Shown: in pieces, positions 38,163 to 51,938 of the stretch | Layout: each line of letters begins with the position of its first letter | Position numbering within the stretch: position 1 is the first letter of the stretch | From: Thelocarpon superellum | Taxonomy: Eukaryota | DNA: 64,000 nucleotides | Reading direction: 5' to 3' | Assembly: GCA_026025795.1 (NCBI GenBank) | Contig: JAPEUG010000044.1 | Span: 1 to 64,000 of the forward strand | Notes under the pieces: generated by a model | Databases searched by the model: none | What the model saw: only the letters and a program-made list of their open reading frames with translations | Told to the model about the DNA's origin: nothing | Made by a program: the position numbers and the translations under genes

Positions 38163-40184
38163 ATGTCGGCAAGTCACATCATCGGCAACCGGAATAGTAC
38201 ACCCGAGGCGGGTTCGTCATCTCTCCGCCCTCCATCCGCCCGGGCTATCGGCTCGGGCCATCACCTGCGCGCTTCCGCGGACATGGCCGCCTTTGCCTCT
38301 TCACCGCTCTCCAACCGCATCCGTCCGTCTTCGGAGGTTTACTACAATCAATCGCTGCAGCCGGGCAGCACCAGCAACGCCGACGACGCCGCCGAGAGAG
38401 CAGCACAGCAGTGGATCGCCGACATCGACCAGTACGAGACGACGCTTGAAGAGATGGCGGCCGCAACGCTAGACCAAGATTTCAAGGACGAGCTCAGTGC
38501 GATTGAGCAATGGTTTCGCGTTCTGAGCGAAGCCGAACGAACCGCGGCGCTCTACGCCCTACTGCAGCAGACGACGCAAGTGCAGATCCGTTTCTTCATC
38601 CAGGTGCTGAAGCAGATGTCCAAGAGTCATCCCATGTCAGGTGTCCTGTCCCCGGCCAACTTTGAGAATGGTAGGCGTCCCGCCTCTTCATTAGCCCTCC
38701 CCCCGCTGACGTCGGCGATCAACAGATCCATTGTCCAATCGCCTGAGTGATGCGATGAGCAAGTTGAGCGTTGACGGGGCTCGCAACTCGCTGGGTCGGC
38801 CACCACCCTCCCCGGGGAATAAGCGCAACTCGGGCCTCGACCCGTCCACCATTCACGCCATGTTCCCGGATGCCGCGGCGGCCATCGCGACGCAGAAGGC
38901 CAAATACACGCAAGAGAATGGCAAGGCACCGGAGTCCAACCGGAATAGCGCGGTGCTCGAAAAACGATCGTCGATGGTGGCACCGACCATCTCTGCGCCC
39001 GGTGGCAGTGGGAAGGACAACCTGTCCCAAGCACCCGCATCGCCCTGGGGTCGCAGCACCGGAGAGCAGCCGCCCATCACGCGGCCCAAGTCGTCGTCCG
39101 GCCATCCACCCATGGGGCAGTTCACGCAGCCGCCCCCGTCGGCGGGGGTGCCACGATCGCCTCGGCCGCAGCATGTGTCGGGCGGCAGCAACGTACAGAC
39201 GACGACGCTGACGGCGCCAGACACCTTGGGATCGGACCTGCCGGCCTTGTCGCCGTACAACGCGGGCAATGGAAACTGGGCGTCGATGGTGAACACGCCG
39301 ATGGTCCCGGCGTTCAACCAACAGCCCGGGGCGAATCAGGCGGACATGGTGGCCAATGCCACGGCGATGAAGCTCGCGGCCCTCTCGACGGTGAACAACC
39401 GCATTGCTCTCGATGACGTGCGCAAGTTCCGACGCGGTCGATCTAACGATGGACAGGGCATGGCGTCGCAGCCACCGTTGTCGCCCGGGATCCCAGGGGC
39501 CAGCATCCCTGGCACCAACATCGTCATGGTCAACGAGCAGGGGCAGGTGCTGAACGCGCAACAAGTGGCCGCGGTACAGGCGCAGCAGAACGCGGCCGCC
39601 ATGGGACGTCGGTCGCGGCCCAGCTCGCCGGGGATCGCGCTCCAAGGGGCTCCGGGCTTCAATGGCATGGGCTTCGGGGCGCCGCAGAACAACGGCTTCC
39701 TCTCGGCCTACGACAGCACCAGTCCCCTGATGAACAACGGCTTGGGTAATCTCAACATGGGGCAGTTCGGCATGGGGCACCCGGGCAGTCATGAAGGCTA
39801 CCTCTCGGACCACTCCGACGCCCGCGGCCGCTCTCCGCGCGGTCGGCGAGGAACATCGAAGCCGCCGGAAGACCCGACGGATCCGAGCCTGTTGCAAGAC
39901 ATCCCCAGCTGGCTGCGAAGCCTTCGTCTGCACAAGTATACGGACAATCTCAAGGACCTGAAGTGGACGGAACTGATCGAACTGGACGACGATGGCCTCG
40001 ATAAACGGGGAGTGAATGCTCTGGGGGCGCGAAGGAAGATGCTCAAGGTGGGTTGTCTCCCACCCTTCTCGCCATGCTATCGGACCGTAGCAATCATCGA
40101 GCACGCTGACGCAACGCACAGGTGTTTGAACAAGTCAAGGAGGCTCGAACGGAGGGGAAGCTACAGGAGGTGAACGACGCCTGA
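38163..40184 (+). CDS. VTS1: SAM-domain RNA-binding protein Vts1 (Smaug homolog)
   Basis: [21 protein letters not shown] region and C-terminal SAM domain [18 protein letters not shown]...[13 protein letters not shown]. Introns 38671-38725 and 40048-40121; probable 5'UTR intron at about 38052-38096. Confidence 0.93.
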
Positions 40185-40610
40185 GGGTGGCAGGTGGAGG
40201 GAGGATCAAGGTGTACTTGACCGATCTGAGTGAGAGGACCAGGCTACGAGGGCTTGCGGTAGTCTTTGCTGCTACATGGGAAAGGGGCATTCGCGTACAG
40301 TACCGTCAGTGGCGTATGTGTGTGTGTGCGAGAGAGAGGGAGACGGGAGAGACGGAGATGAGACTTAGTAGGACCCACGCCAACGGGCTGTTCTAATAAA
40401 TCACCAATTTTTCTTCTCCTACTCATCTATGCCTTTGATATCGTTCTGTTCTTCATCATGTCATCATCTTCTGCCGCTGCCGCTGCTCTTTCCACTCCTC
40501 TGCGTACTCTAGATGCCCTCGAAGCGGTTCGTGATTGATGTAGTCAGTGAATCTTGTAGCCTTGAGAGTTCCAACGAATACTCGCCCGACAACCAGGTTA
40601 CCTATCCGTG

Positions 40611-40640
40611 CACATCCACATCCACATCCACATCCACATT
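40611..40640. repeat. (CACATC)4+ microsatellite
   Basis: Read directly, between the convergent VTS1 and F-box genes. Confidence 0.85.
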
Positions 40641-40874
40641 CACGTTCACCTTGCACAATGGCATGTCGTTACTTGACTTGGCAACACGACTACTCTCTAG
40701 CTTGCTGGTCTCTCTGTTCCGACCCGATCCGATCCAACCAATCTAAGCCTGTCCACCTAAACCATCCGGAGCCCATGATCATAAGGCTCCTACAACCCAT
40801 GTGATCCACCCAACCCATCCGTACATGATACAAGAGACCAAATGGTCATACTCCATTCACACACCAAGCACGGC

Positions 40875-41873
40875 TCACTTGTAGGCCGGATCGACTTCGA
40901 GGCGTCCAGTAGGCGGACTATCGATGCAATAAGGCAAGGACAGGTGCGTAATGTGCCACGTCGCGGCATTCAGACGCTTGACTGCTTCGTTGCCGACGTT
41001 GCTGCATCTGTAGAGAGAGAGGTTCTGATTCTCTGGTCAATAAGGGAGGAAAGGGAAGAGAATGGACGCTAATGCCGGGATGGAAGGATCGAGCGGACGA
41101 ACCTTCAGGGACGGAAAGCAAGCAAGGTACGGCAGGATGCGGTTGTCAATCTCCACGCCGTCGTGCTGCGTGAAATGCAGCGTCTCCAACGAGCGGGCGA
41201 TGGGGGATTTGGCAAGGTACTTGAAGAAGTGATGGGTGAGGTTCAGGCATTTCTGCAGACGAAGGTCCCTGATCCTTGGATTGCGCCTGATGATCTGGTC
41301 GAGCTGATAATCGGTGAGGCCGGCGCGACGCAACCAGAGGCTCTCCAGACGACCGAACATGCCTTCGCCGCTCGGGGTCGCCGCGAGCCAGTTCCAGATG
41401 GTGCCAGGGGGTGCTTCGGCCCAGTAGGATTTCTCGAGGCGCGAATGGCGCGTGTGCGGATGATCGAAGTTCAAGCTCAGTCGACGGAGGTTCTTCATCT
41501 CGACCAGCGCGACGACGACGGACGTCTGAGGCTCCCACAGGAGCAGCTCCAGGTCGCGGATGCTGTGGCCATGTTTCAGGAGCACGGCGGCCGCCGCGTG
41601 GTTCTGGTTCTCGATCACCTGGCGCTTGCTCTTCGTCAGGCGTCTCTCCAGCACGACGGCGACGGCGTGCGTGCTGCAGTCATGCGAGGACTCCATGAAT
41701 GAAATCAGCCCGTTGACTCGGCTGCTGAAGACTCCGAGCACCAGCGTGCGCAGCGCACCACGCGCCAGATCTCGCGAGTTGCGGCATGTGAGGCTGAAAT
41801 TGAACAGAGATGCGGTGGGCAGCTGGGTCAGGATTGCCTGAATGATCTCGGGGGGGAGCGAGGTCAACATCAT
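40875..41873 (-). CDS. F-box protein with LRR-like repeats
   Basis: N-terminal F-box LTSLPPEIIQAILTQL, then LRR-like LESLWLRR, IRDLRLQKC, LETLHF. Intron 41025-41102; last exon NLSLYRC...EVDPAYK*. Confidence 0.8.
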
Positions 41874-43433
41874 CACGGCGAGCGCGCCTGGGGCGGCCGA
41901 CGGTCACGACGCGTGGGACCAAGTCCGGTCAATTGAGCGTAGCCTCACTTGGCCTACGTCTGATGCAGTGGTAGAGATCTCGTGGTAGAGATGGGAAATC
42001 TTTTGTCACCCTATGGACGGGATCACAGAATCACGCTCCGATCAAAACGCACTGTGCCCTTCGCCCTTCCGCAAGACTTCATCTCCAGGGGGCATCGGCA
42101 CTTCATATACCGCTCATGACCCGTCCCGTCTGATGGTCGTCCCCCTGCCCTCCCCCACATCGAGCGCGATAACGACCCCGACACCGGCCGGCATGGTCGA
42201 GATGAGCCGCACGGACATCAGGCGACGGTCGCGGCCGCGTGGGCCGTATTCGTAGCCGTGGTGCTCGCCAGGATGAACGACGTGATCAGGCCTGATGCTG
42301 CCTATCGTCGCCCATCGTACCCGAGGAGCCGGCCTCCTGACCACATGGCCAAGGGCTGGCCTGATTCCGGCCGCGGAGTTCTCGTGGGGCTCTAGAGCTT
42401 TCGCGAGCGGCGGTAGACCGTAAGGCCGAAGGGCGCTCCGTTGGCGTTGGCGTTGGCGTTGGCGTGGCGTGGCATTGGGCGTTCGGTGTCAGGCGTCGAC
42501 TAGTGACATAGTCGCTGGACCCGAGCACCAGGTGAGCAAGCAACACACGAGTACAAGCACATGCGCCTGGTCCAGACGAGCAATGCAGCATGACAGGCGA
42601 GTGCGAGTGCGAGTGCGAGTGCAGGCGAACGGCCCGCGTGCTGGGCCGTGCAGCAAGGCGAGCGAGTGGAGCCCCAGGAGAAACCCACCAGCTCGGTTAC
42701 GAGAACCATGGGACGAATCCAAATGGAGGGCCCCTCGGCGGACTTTTTGCATGGGACGAATCACGAACGAATCTCGCCGGGTGAAGAGTGCGCCACATCG
42801 GTGCAAGCATGGATAAGGCGCACATCATCCAATTCTCCGTCGGCTCTCTTAGTCCGTGCCTTGCGTAATTGCGACTTCCTATGGGCCCACCCGGTCCAGC
42901 GGGATCCCGGGATCCCGGGATGCCGGACTGATGGTCTGGACCGCCGCAGGCTGATTACCAAACATGAGTCCGGCTTCTTGTCATCTCTACTGTCCCCAGC
43001 TAAGGCCTCAGCTGCGCCGCGGTTGTCGCGACCGCGCCATAGCTAGCGAACGCCGCCGCCGAAGGACGTGGCTATTGCACTCGCACGCTACCACACTTGT
43101 CCAAGCCCGACGTTCCGGCCTTTCGTCTAACCTTGTGCGGGGCAGCGATCCTGCCAGTGGAAGATGCGAGACTGACATGTATCAGCCCACTTCCATCCAG
43201 TGTGCATGTCGGATTGGCATGTCGCTCGGCCTCGACAGGTCACGAGACGAGCTTGTCAGAGGTCGAGCTCTCGCTCTGGCTTAGAGACCACGTCCGGGAA
43301 CAAATCAAGATGGACACTACGTGATGGACGCCAATGTCCTAAAGACGCTAAATGGTCGAGACCTCGGCGCCGGGACCCAACGGCGATCCAACGTGGTCCG
43401 GCTTCGGACGTGGGCCGACTACACCAAATCAGA

Positions 43434-46400
43434 TCATATCAAATCAAACCAATTGACTCGCCGTTGCGAGTAGCGTCGCCACGCTTGCTGTATCACCGTT
43501 GCGGCACCAATGACCCGGTCGCGCGTCAACACCACCGTCTGGCAATCGTACGCCAGCCTCATCAGGACCATGCGCTTGTGCATGTCGCGACGCAGGAGCC
43601 GCGCCCGGTATGCCTGCTGGATCGTCACTACCGCCTATCGCCAGCTCTTGTTAGCCAGGAGGGTCCAGGTCCAGGTCCAGGTCGGGTCAGGTTGCGGGAA
43701 TACACTCACTCTGCCTTGCAGGGAGGTGTGCAGCAGCCGAGAACACATGAAGGCGAGCCCCGCGACGACAAAGTCTTGGTCGTAGATCCGGCCGTGGCCA
43801 ACCTGACGCCCGAGGAGAGCGGCTACACCGAGGGTGATGGTTAGCCGCGCGGCCGAGACCGAAGATCCCAGACATCGGCGATCGTCTTACCGAAATAATG
43901 GCTACATCCTAGTCTTTTCAGTTTCGTCTCGAGCCCGTCACCCCGCGCCCCTGAGCTCGTCGAGGGGAAATACGTTGCGTACTCGTCCACGATGCATTCG
44001 AAAACGCGACCGTCGGCAAACGACGTGCTGAGGTTGTTGACAGTCAGGCCGTGAAGTTCGGCAATGGCGGACGCCCAAGCTTTGAGCATGGACCGGTACC
44101 GAGGGAAACCATCTCGGCTCTGGAACAGCCTCTCCTCAGTCCCGTTGCTGTCATCGGAATCCTCGGGGGCATTGGCGTCGCCCCGCTCCGTCCGCTGAAG
44201 GCCTGTCTTCGTGCGAGCAAGCCCCCGCAGACGTGCAATCTCGCCTGACACCTCGTTCCAGTCGATCAACATGCCGAGGCCCCATCGACTGACCAGGCCC
44301 CAGAGGAGGCCCACCGTCTTCTCACGATGACCGTTGACGATATCGTCGGCCGTGACTCCGCCCATGTTCGCCGTGCCTCGGGCGACGCCGTCCAGGGCTG
44401 CGAGCGCCACCTGCACATTGTGTACCTTCTGCGCTCGACCCATGGCAGGAAATCTGAGGTGATGAGATAGCACCCACTCGTCGGCATGCTGGGGCGTGGT
44501 GACCAGCAGTTCGCCCGTGGGCATCGCCACGGTCACATCTTGCTCGCGCACCGGGTGCGAGGCCGGGTAGAGCAGCAGCTCCACCACGCGAGTCAGACGT
44601 ACGCCGTCGCGCAGGTCGGTGGCTAAGTTTTCGATGGGGTATTGATATTCCTGAAGAGGATGCTGCGTGTGTGTGACCTCGTAGCCGAGGTGTCCGAGCG
44701 TGCGCGTCACGTCCCCGGCGGAAGGAAGTAGCAGGCCTCGGAGCGCGTTGATGACCGATCCGCTGGATTTGAGCGGGGACGTGCGGAGGAAGAGACATCC
44801 CCCGATGATGCCCCGCTCCTTCCCCTGGTCGAGCAGAAGGATGAGCATCAGACTCCTGAGGACGGTCCGCCTCCATGAACCGTGTTGGCCACCGAGCTCA
44901 ACCTCCCGCTCTCGCGTCGCCGATCGATATGGGCCGCCCCGGGCGATGCTGCCGATGCTGCCAACGCCTGTCTTCACCCGCACAACATCGTCGTTGCGCA
45001 CCAGGAAGGTTTCGAGGAAGACCTCCAAGGCGCGAGTCTCCCGTTTGATCAGTCGCTCGGGGTCTTTGGCAGCTGATTCGCTCGACGCATCCGAGCGCGC
45101 GCCTAATTCACGCCCGATGACGACCTCGGCCGCGGCTTGTAGCGCGCCACGGTCGTAAGTGTCGAGCCACAAGCTCAGAAACTTCCGCTTCAGTCCCACG
45201 TCGTCCTTCAACCGGCGGCAGCTGAAAAGGCTTTCCGCCGGGATGCTGAGCGCGCCATACAGCAGCGACGCCTGTAGGCGCTTGTGGAGCAAGGGGAAGG
45301 GAGCTTCGTGGTAGAGCTCGACGAATCTCCTTCGGACACCAGGGCCGCCCGCCCGCTCCCGCGTGTGGCGGCCAGGCTTTGCCGAGCTGAACAGACCGTT
45401 CAAGAGCTGTACAATGGCCGTTTCTTGGTACGCCAGCCAGTGATCCTCGTACATTTCCGCCTTGATGATGTCGTCCCGCAAGACGGGATACTGGGTCTGA
45501 AGGTCTTGCTCCAAGTTGATCGTTGGAACACTGAGCTTGGAGGGAAGTTTGCCGGTCGCGGCACTTGACGGGAGGGAAGCGAGAGCTATCTCCCGGGCCG
45601 GTTTTGAACGTCCACCATCTTCCACGCATGCGGGTAGGCCTCGAGGTTCCTGGGGACAATGGGTGATCCCCGCCGGCGGTGCTAGCGTACTTGATCCGTG
45701 ATGGGGGGGTGGGTGCCCTCGGAGGGTAAGTTCGACCCGTCTCGTCTTGACTTCGCTTTGGGCGGACGGCTGACGGGACGCGACATGCGGCTCCATCACC
45801 GCTGCCATCTTTGACTCTGCCGTTGGTGCAAGGCTCTTGCGCCACTTCTTCTCGTCGGAGATGGCCATGCACCCAGGGGGAACGTTCTCCTTCCCACCCC
45901 CTCGTCCCGCGACGTCGGGAGCGGCTGGTGCGGCCTGTGTAGCGCGCGCGGTAGCTTGGAGGGGAGCCTTCTTCGGCGCGGCAGCAAGAGACAGACGTGG
46001 CCGCGACGCCGGACGAACGTTCGGTGGCGCCGGGGCTCGTTGCGTCTTCTCCATCGGACGCTCAGGGGGCGCGGCGAAGATGTTCATGGTCACGTCGGTC
46101 GCAGCACCTTGGGCGCCTGGATGGATGGTCATGATGGTGGTGTCATCGGAGGGGACGTAGATGGTCCTCCTGCGCGGAGCCTTCTTCAGCTTAGGCGACG
46201 CGGTCGCCTCGGCGAACTTGTTGATGGCGTCGGGCGCGTTCGGGGCAGGTACGATGGATATCGAGTCGCGGGCCGCACGACGCGATTCTGCAACGCTGGG
46301 AAGGCGCTGCGCAGGCTGGGCGAAGATTGAACTGCGCCGCGCCTGGTTGCTCCCATCATGGCTTAGTTGTATCGAGGGTCGCGGCCGCCGGGGCTGGATC

Positions 46401-46782
46401 TTCGGTGCTGGAGCTGCAGGTATCTCTGCATCACAGTCAGCCATCGCGGTCTTGACTGGCGTCCCATGACCTTGCCGGCATCCTCACCTTCATCCTCTCG
46501 GATCTGTATCTCGGGTCTCCACGCGATCGACTTCCGTCCCGGCGCTTTCCTCCTCCTCGGAGCGGCAGATCGAAAGCTCGCGCCAAACTCGGTGGTGAAG
46601 TCGAGATTCTCGGTTTCGCCATCATCCCATGGGCCGATGGTAGGGCGACGGAGGTTCGTGTGGTTGGTCAGCTGCTGGCTCGAGAAAGTGAAGTCGGTGG
46701 GCGGCAAGCCAAAAGGGGTCGGTAGCCCTGACGGCCGGCCCCAGGCGGTCGGGCATGGCGTCGGTTCCTCTGCTTTGGGCAT
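43434..46782 (-). CDS. Calponin-homology / IQ-motif protein (ASPM / abnormal spindle-like)
   Basis: CH motif IENLATDLRDGVRLTRVVELL...QKVHNVQVAL...DDIVNGHREKTVGLLW, a second CH-like VNNLSTSFADGRVF, and two IQ-like motifs IQQAYR and IQQAWRR. Introns 46426-46487, 43823-43890 and about 43636-43710. Confidence 0.85.
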
Positions 46783-47236
46783 GACGTTTGGTCCAGACGG
46801 AAGACCTCATGTGAGATGTGCTCCGATCGTGTGCGATGGATGTCTGATACTGCGACAGGCTGGCCTGCGGTACAGGCGGGCGACGCGACTCCCGCATCGT
46901 GGCGATTGTGACGACGGCGCACGATCAACTTCGTTGCCACGGCAACGGCCACAACACTCGAGTCTGTACGGCGCTAAATCGCGAAATGTCCTTTGTCCTG
47001 ATGATCGATAAGGCACGAAGGTTGCTCGCTTCCACGCGGAAGCCGCATGACAGCCGCACTGGCTACGAGTACTCGCAGGATACTTGCATGGGCACGCTAC
47101 GGCTTCGGCTACGGTATGTGGACTTATTCGGAGTGCAAGAACAAGTCTTAAGTCTTACGAGGTACAAGTACACGGTGACATTCCATCCATGGCTCCTCCA
47201 GCATTGCCAGCGTGATGCCTCTCTCCCCCGATCGCT

Positions 47237-47852
47237 CTAAGGGTGGTTGGAAGCTGGGAATTTGGGAAGGCAGCTGACGGTCTTCGGTCAGCACTCGAAA
47301 GAGAGATGCTGCTACGGGGTGGACTTACAGGACGATACCCGTGGCCAGGCTGTCAGGGCTGGTCATCACACGCTGATTGGCTTGGTAGATGGTCTGCGCT
47401 GTGAGAGGCGGTCGGTTGGCGGCGATGGTGGTCAAAGTGTCACCCGACTGCGTGTAATAGTAGCTCGAAGTCGCGGTATCGCACGTTTGGAGGTTCGACG
47501 GGAAGGCCGGGAGGCAGCTAGCGAGATCACTCCGTCAGCATTCGCTCGTTACCATAAATCACCCGAGGATCAAGCGAGGATGAACATACACCGTATCGCC
47601 ACGCCAAATTTGATCGACATCGGCGATGCCGCTGTTGCCGGCAAGTGTCGCTGCACTACAGGTGCTTCCGGGACACTGGCTGTCCGCGATCACACCGAGC
47701 ACGTCGCGGTCCGCCACCTCGTAGGGTACGGTGTTGGGCGCGCTGCAGGTGTTAGTCCGCGGATTCGGAACCGGAACCGGATTAGCCAAAACCACGGTCG
47801 CCATGAGACCGAGGAAAATGGCCGCGCGTCTGAAGCTCATCGAGGAGAACAT
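47237..47852 (-). CDS. Small secreted protein with two LysM domains (LysM-effector type), 162 aa
   Basis: Exons 47852-47590, 47517-47329 and 47273-47237 (489 nt, in frame). Signal peptide; LysM1 PYEVADRDVLGVIA...NSGIADVDQIWRGDTVCLP; LysM2 YYYTQSGDTLTTIAAN...IYQANQRVMTSPDSLATGIVLCLP; 6 Cys; no catalytic domain. Confidence 0.85.
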
Positions 47853-49980
47853 TTTCAACGGTTGTGGTGGAGTAAAGACTGACGAAGAAGGACAATGAAA
47901 GACAATAAAGGACAAAAGAATGTGGGGTGGCTAAAGACGATCGCTGTGAAGTGAGCGTGGATGGACTTTGAGACCTCGAATGACGCGGGAACCAGCGTCT
48001 TAAGTATTCTCCCTCTGACAACCGGGCGACTTCAAGGCGAACGGCCTGATGAGACTGACGCCATCATGCTGGCAATACACAATGCGCTCATCTAAGATGA
48101 CCATGCTATGATCCTCGGACCTAGGCCACTCCTTCGCTGGGCGAGCAACTGGACACGGCTTGGTCTCCTCAGAAAGTCCAGAGGCGCATGAGCAAGGGCG
48201 CTTGGATCATGGAGACACCTGCCGGACTGTATGACACCGCGGACGGGGGGTAAAAGCACGCAGGCTAGAGACCTGGCTGACCTTACCTAGCGACCGTAGC
48301 GCTTTAGTGTATCGATTGCGGCATGCAGCATATACCTTGCTGGACGCTATAATCTGGGTTAAAGGATTCTCTCGTACCTTCCTCGTGAACCAAGCACAAT
48401 CATGCGTGTCGATGGATTTCAACCCTGATCGTTTCATGGCCTACCAGGCTAGACGGCGTAGGTACAAAACAGAATGCCATCTGCATTGGTCTCGGCAAAG
48501 GCATGGAGGATGTTCACCGAAGGTGTTATGGCTCCGCAACGATCATCACGTCTGTGACGTTCTTTAGGGCTCATCTCGTTGTGTATTTGTCTGATTGATT
48601 GATTCTAGCTACGCAGGACCATTACGACGACGATATGATTGCTAGCTTGCGCCACGTGACTATAGGTTACGCAACGACAAGTCGTTGTCGTAACAGAAGG
48701 ACACACATGACCTAATCTAAAATTCAGGTGCGAGCCCCCTGTCCGCGCAAGCGTAGGACTGCCGAATCCGCTACCTTCCCCAGAGAGCGGGCGCGCTTGG
48801 CCATGTGCATCCATGAGAAGGATGTTATTGCCTGCATAGTAAGTGTGTGACTTGCCCGTTGCGCAGGAATACCTACAAATATTGTACCATAAGCTCCATC
48901 ATAAGTCCAAGATGATGGGTCATAGCGCCAAATGAAGGGTCGCGAGGGCAATCCTGCGATGGACCCGTAGTGAGCGACAGAAGGCTGAGTCGCTAGCGCT
49001 TTTCGGCCACAAAAGCCATCATCTAACTGGGCGGCTCGAATGTATCATGTCTCCACGGTGCATCGAGCCAATGCAAAGCACAGAGATCGTGGAGTCGAAA
49101 TCTCCTTGAGCTGACACCTGTTCATGCAAGCTCCTCTTGACCTGCGGCGGTCTGCTTCTCTGTGCGATTGTGATTCCAAGACTCGGATCCTGGGGCTGTG
49201 CACAATCAGTCCCGTCTTGTCCGTCTGCCGGCCAGGAAGACACGACCGATGACTCAGGCTGGAGCGTCATCAGCGTCGCTGTTGTGAAGGATGTCTTCAT
49301 ACCTCTCGAGCTCGCGGCTCTCTGCAATGCAGACATGGCAAATTCGTCAGAACGCGTCCTTGTCATATCGACTACGATCTAGATCAATGCATATCCTGAT
49401 TGACTCAACAGATCAAGTCAGCGACAAGGACAGTCGGCTTCCATGTTGACTTTGATGGGGTTGATGGAATAACGCGTGAATTGAATTTTCTTCCGTGGCC
49501 GCAAATGCAAACGCACAAAGCTTACACCTCTGAAGGGTCCGTGATGGGCGAACAATGTGCCCATCCAAAACTTGGACACGGATATCCCGGGAGGCTTGCT
49601 GAATCTAGAGGGGACCGGAGGAAATAGAACCTGGATCGTTGCCTCGCACTGCTCGCTTTGCACTGACAAGTCCAAGCTGAAGAACGAAGCCAGCCCATGT
49701 GTCGTGACTGATCCCCGCCCTCACGGTTTGTAACGAATGCTGCAATGCCCTTGACGTCGTCGCTGCAGATAATTGACAAGCCGTCCTCATCCTCAACCGC
49801 ATGTGCACTTTGACCAGGAGAACAAGCGCAGCACGTTCAAGTGAAGAAGGCTACAGTGAATGCGTGAAAACATGATGCAACTGCCAATGTGGTCCATCGC
49901 CACGGCGATTCATCAACCTCCACTGATCCTTTCACGACCATCGTCGTGCCTCTCGCTCCTGCGCACGCGCACGGCCAGCC

Positions 49981-51576
49981 ATGGAAGGCATGTCCAACTG
50001 GATGCGCGGGATCCACCCTCCCCGTCCAGCAACGCCCAGCGGCGAACCGTTGGGCCTCGCTGATGCCGAGTCACCCCCGCCAGCCTGGTCGAGACCTGTC
50101 GCGAGACTGTCAGCCCTCCTGCCCGCTTTCCGGTCTACCGCCACCATGGACTCCTTCGTTCTCTCCCCAGAGCCCATGTACAACTTCAAGGATGACGTCT
50201 ACAACCCGGACGTCGACCAGATGGTCAATACCTTGCAAACCGCCCTCATGACGCGACCGGGCAAGGGTCTGGGGCCTGAGTACTACAGCTTCTTGTGCCA
50301 CGTCCTCGAGGCCCACCGCGCCATGAGGGGCCAGATTGAGCGCCTCGAGAGCCAGGTGAAGGAAGCGTTGAACAAACGCATCGTGGATCATGAGGATTTC
50401 GATCGGACCGCGATGCTGTGGTCGGTGGAACGCGAGAAGTATCGCGCCGAGGTCAAGCGCCTCGAGATCTTACTGTCCAAGGGATCTGAAGGTATGGAGG
50501 CCGTCATGCTGGCCCGCGCCGGGAGTTTGATCCGGAAGGAAGACGGCGTCAAACTGCCCTCGAGACCAAAGAAGCCGAAGAAGCCGACCGTCATCGCGGA
50601 GGAAGAGCGTGCACGCCGTAAGACCTGAACGCTCTGGACATTTGACGAGAGATGTGCTGACGAGCTGTGAGTAGCCATGCTTCCCGTCCTCCCGGAGACC
50701 GACCCCGATGTCCTCGTCAGCCAGGAATTCGCCCGCCAAGACAACGATGCTCCGGAACAGTTCTACGGCTCTCGCCCCAATCAGGCACACGAGGCTGGAT
50801 TCATGAAGCTCCGTTTTCATGACCCAAAGAAGAACAAGCAAGGCGAGGTAAAGGGAAAGCATCGTGAAAAGGAGACCGGCGATACCGCGTCGGCGCCAGG
50901 GCCAGCGCCGTCCGCGTCGGTCGAGACCGGCGACGGCTCCGAGGACGACGACAAACCCTTCCGCCTGATGTCTAAGACGTCCGCATCGCGCCACATAGTC
51001 TCATCAGACGGAACGGCATCCACCATGGCCATGTCCTCGCGCTCTCCTGCCCCTGCATCGCCCTTCCCCGCCTCGACGAGCGGCGGCAGCGTGCAATTCG
51101 GCGATGCACGTCCAGCTCGGTCCAGATTCTCGACGACCGCATCGTTGGGTCACCGCCGTGGCTTCTCCTTCCAGGCCGGCGATGACACGGGACTGTCCGG
51201 GCTCAACACCTCTACCGAAGCATCCGTCCGTCAGCGAGCCATGAGAATTGACGTCGGCGGACAGGGGCGCGGCCAGAAGCCTTTGCTCCTTTCGCCCTCC
51301 ATCACCGGACCGCCACTCTTGAAGCCGAGTCCCCTGTCGAGCGTCACCAGCTCCGCGCCCAGCTCGGGACCGTCTAGCCCGAGCGCTGATCTGATGATCG
51401 AGGTCCCTCATCGAAAACAGTCGTCGAGCAGCACAGCCACAATGGAGCACATTTCTTCCCGTCAGAGCACGTCCCGCGGAAGCCAACGCTCGAGCCGCAC
51501 CCGGAGTGACGCGAGTGTCATCGCTGCTGCAAAGGCCTTGCAACTCCACGACCCGGAACACGCCAAGCCGATCTAA
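49981..51576 (+). CDS. Hypothetical protein with N-terminal coiled-coil and Ser-rich tail
   Basis: Two ORFs joined in frame by intron 50618-50674. Coiled-coil segment FLCHVLEAHR...YRAEVKRLEILLSKGSEGMEAVMLARAGSLI; RRGFSFQAGDD motif. Confidence 0.7.
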
Positions 51577-51865
51577 GCATGACTACGTTCGGCGGCGAAC
51601 GGCGTCACACAACACCGGGCGAGGAGGGGTCAAGGGCGAGAGAATCGGACACGGACGCACGGGTTTCTCGATGGATTGTCATCACGGCAATGGTCATCAC
51701 GGCGGGCGGTGCACGAGCGGTGGAGGGTCAGGCAGTCTCCAGCTTCAGATGATATGTGATGCGATTGGACGATGCGGGTACCTAGGATGCGTCTAATGCT
51801 CCTCTACCCTTTTTCCATCAATGACTTCTCTCAGTCAATCAAAGATCTGATCCCATATCCGTCCC

Positions 51866-51905
51866 CGTGTGCGTGTGCGTGTGCGTGTGCGTGTGCGTGT
51901 GCGTG
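51866..51905. repeat. (CGTGTG)6+ alternating purine-pyrimidine microsatellite
   Basis: Read directly, 34 nt past the ureidoglycolate lyase stop. Confidence 0.9.
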
Positions 51906-51938
51906 ACCCTTTCTTCGCTGGACGAGTGAAATGCACCA

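Noticed and set aside
38719..40119. 466-aa antisense ORF over VTS1 (and similar antisense ORFs over CDC4, TFC4, the carboxypeptidase and the cyclin)
   Set aside because: Shadow ORFs caused by high GC3 codon bias on the opposite strand; no recognisable motifs.
42900..42921. Self-complementary tandem repeat CGGGATCCCGGGATCCCGGGAT
   Set aside because: Under three units of an 8-mer; simple slippage explains it and there is no associated element.
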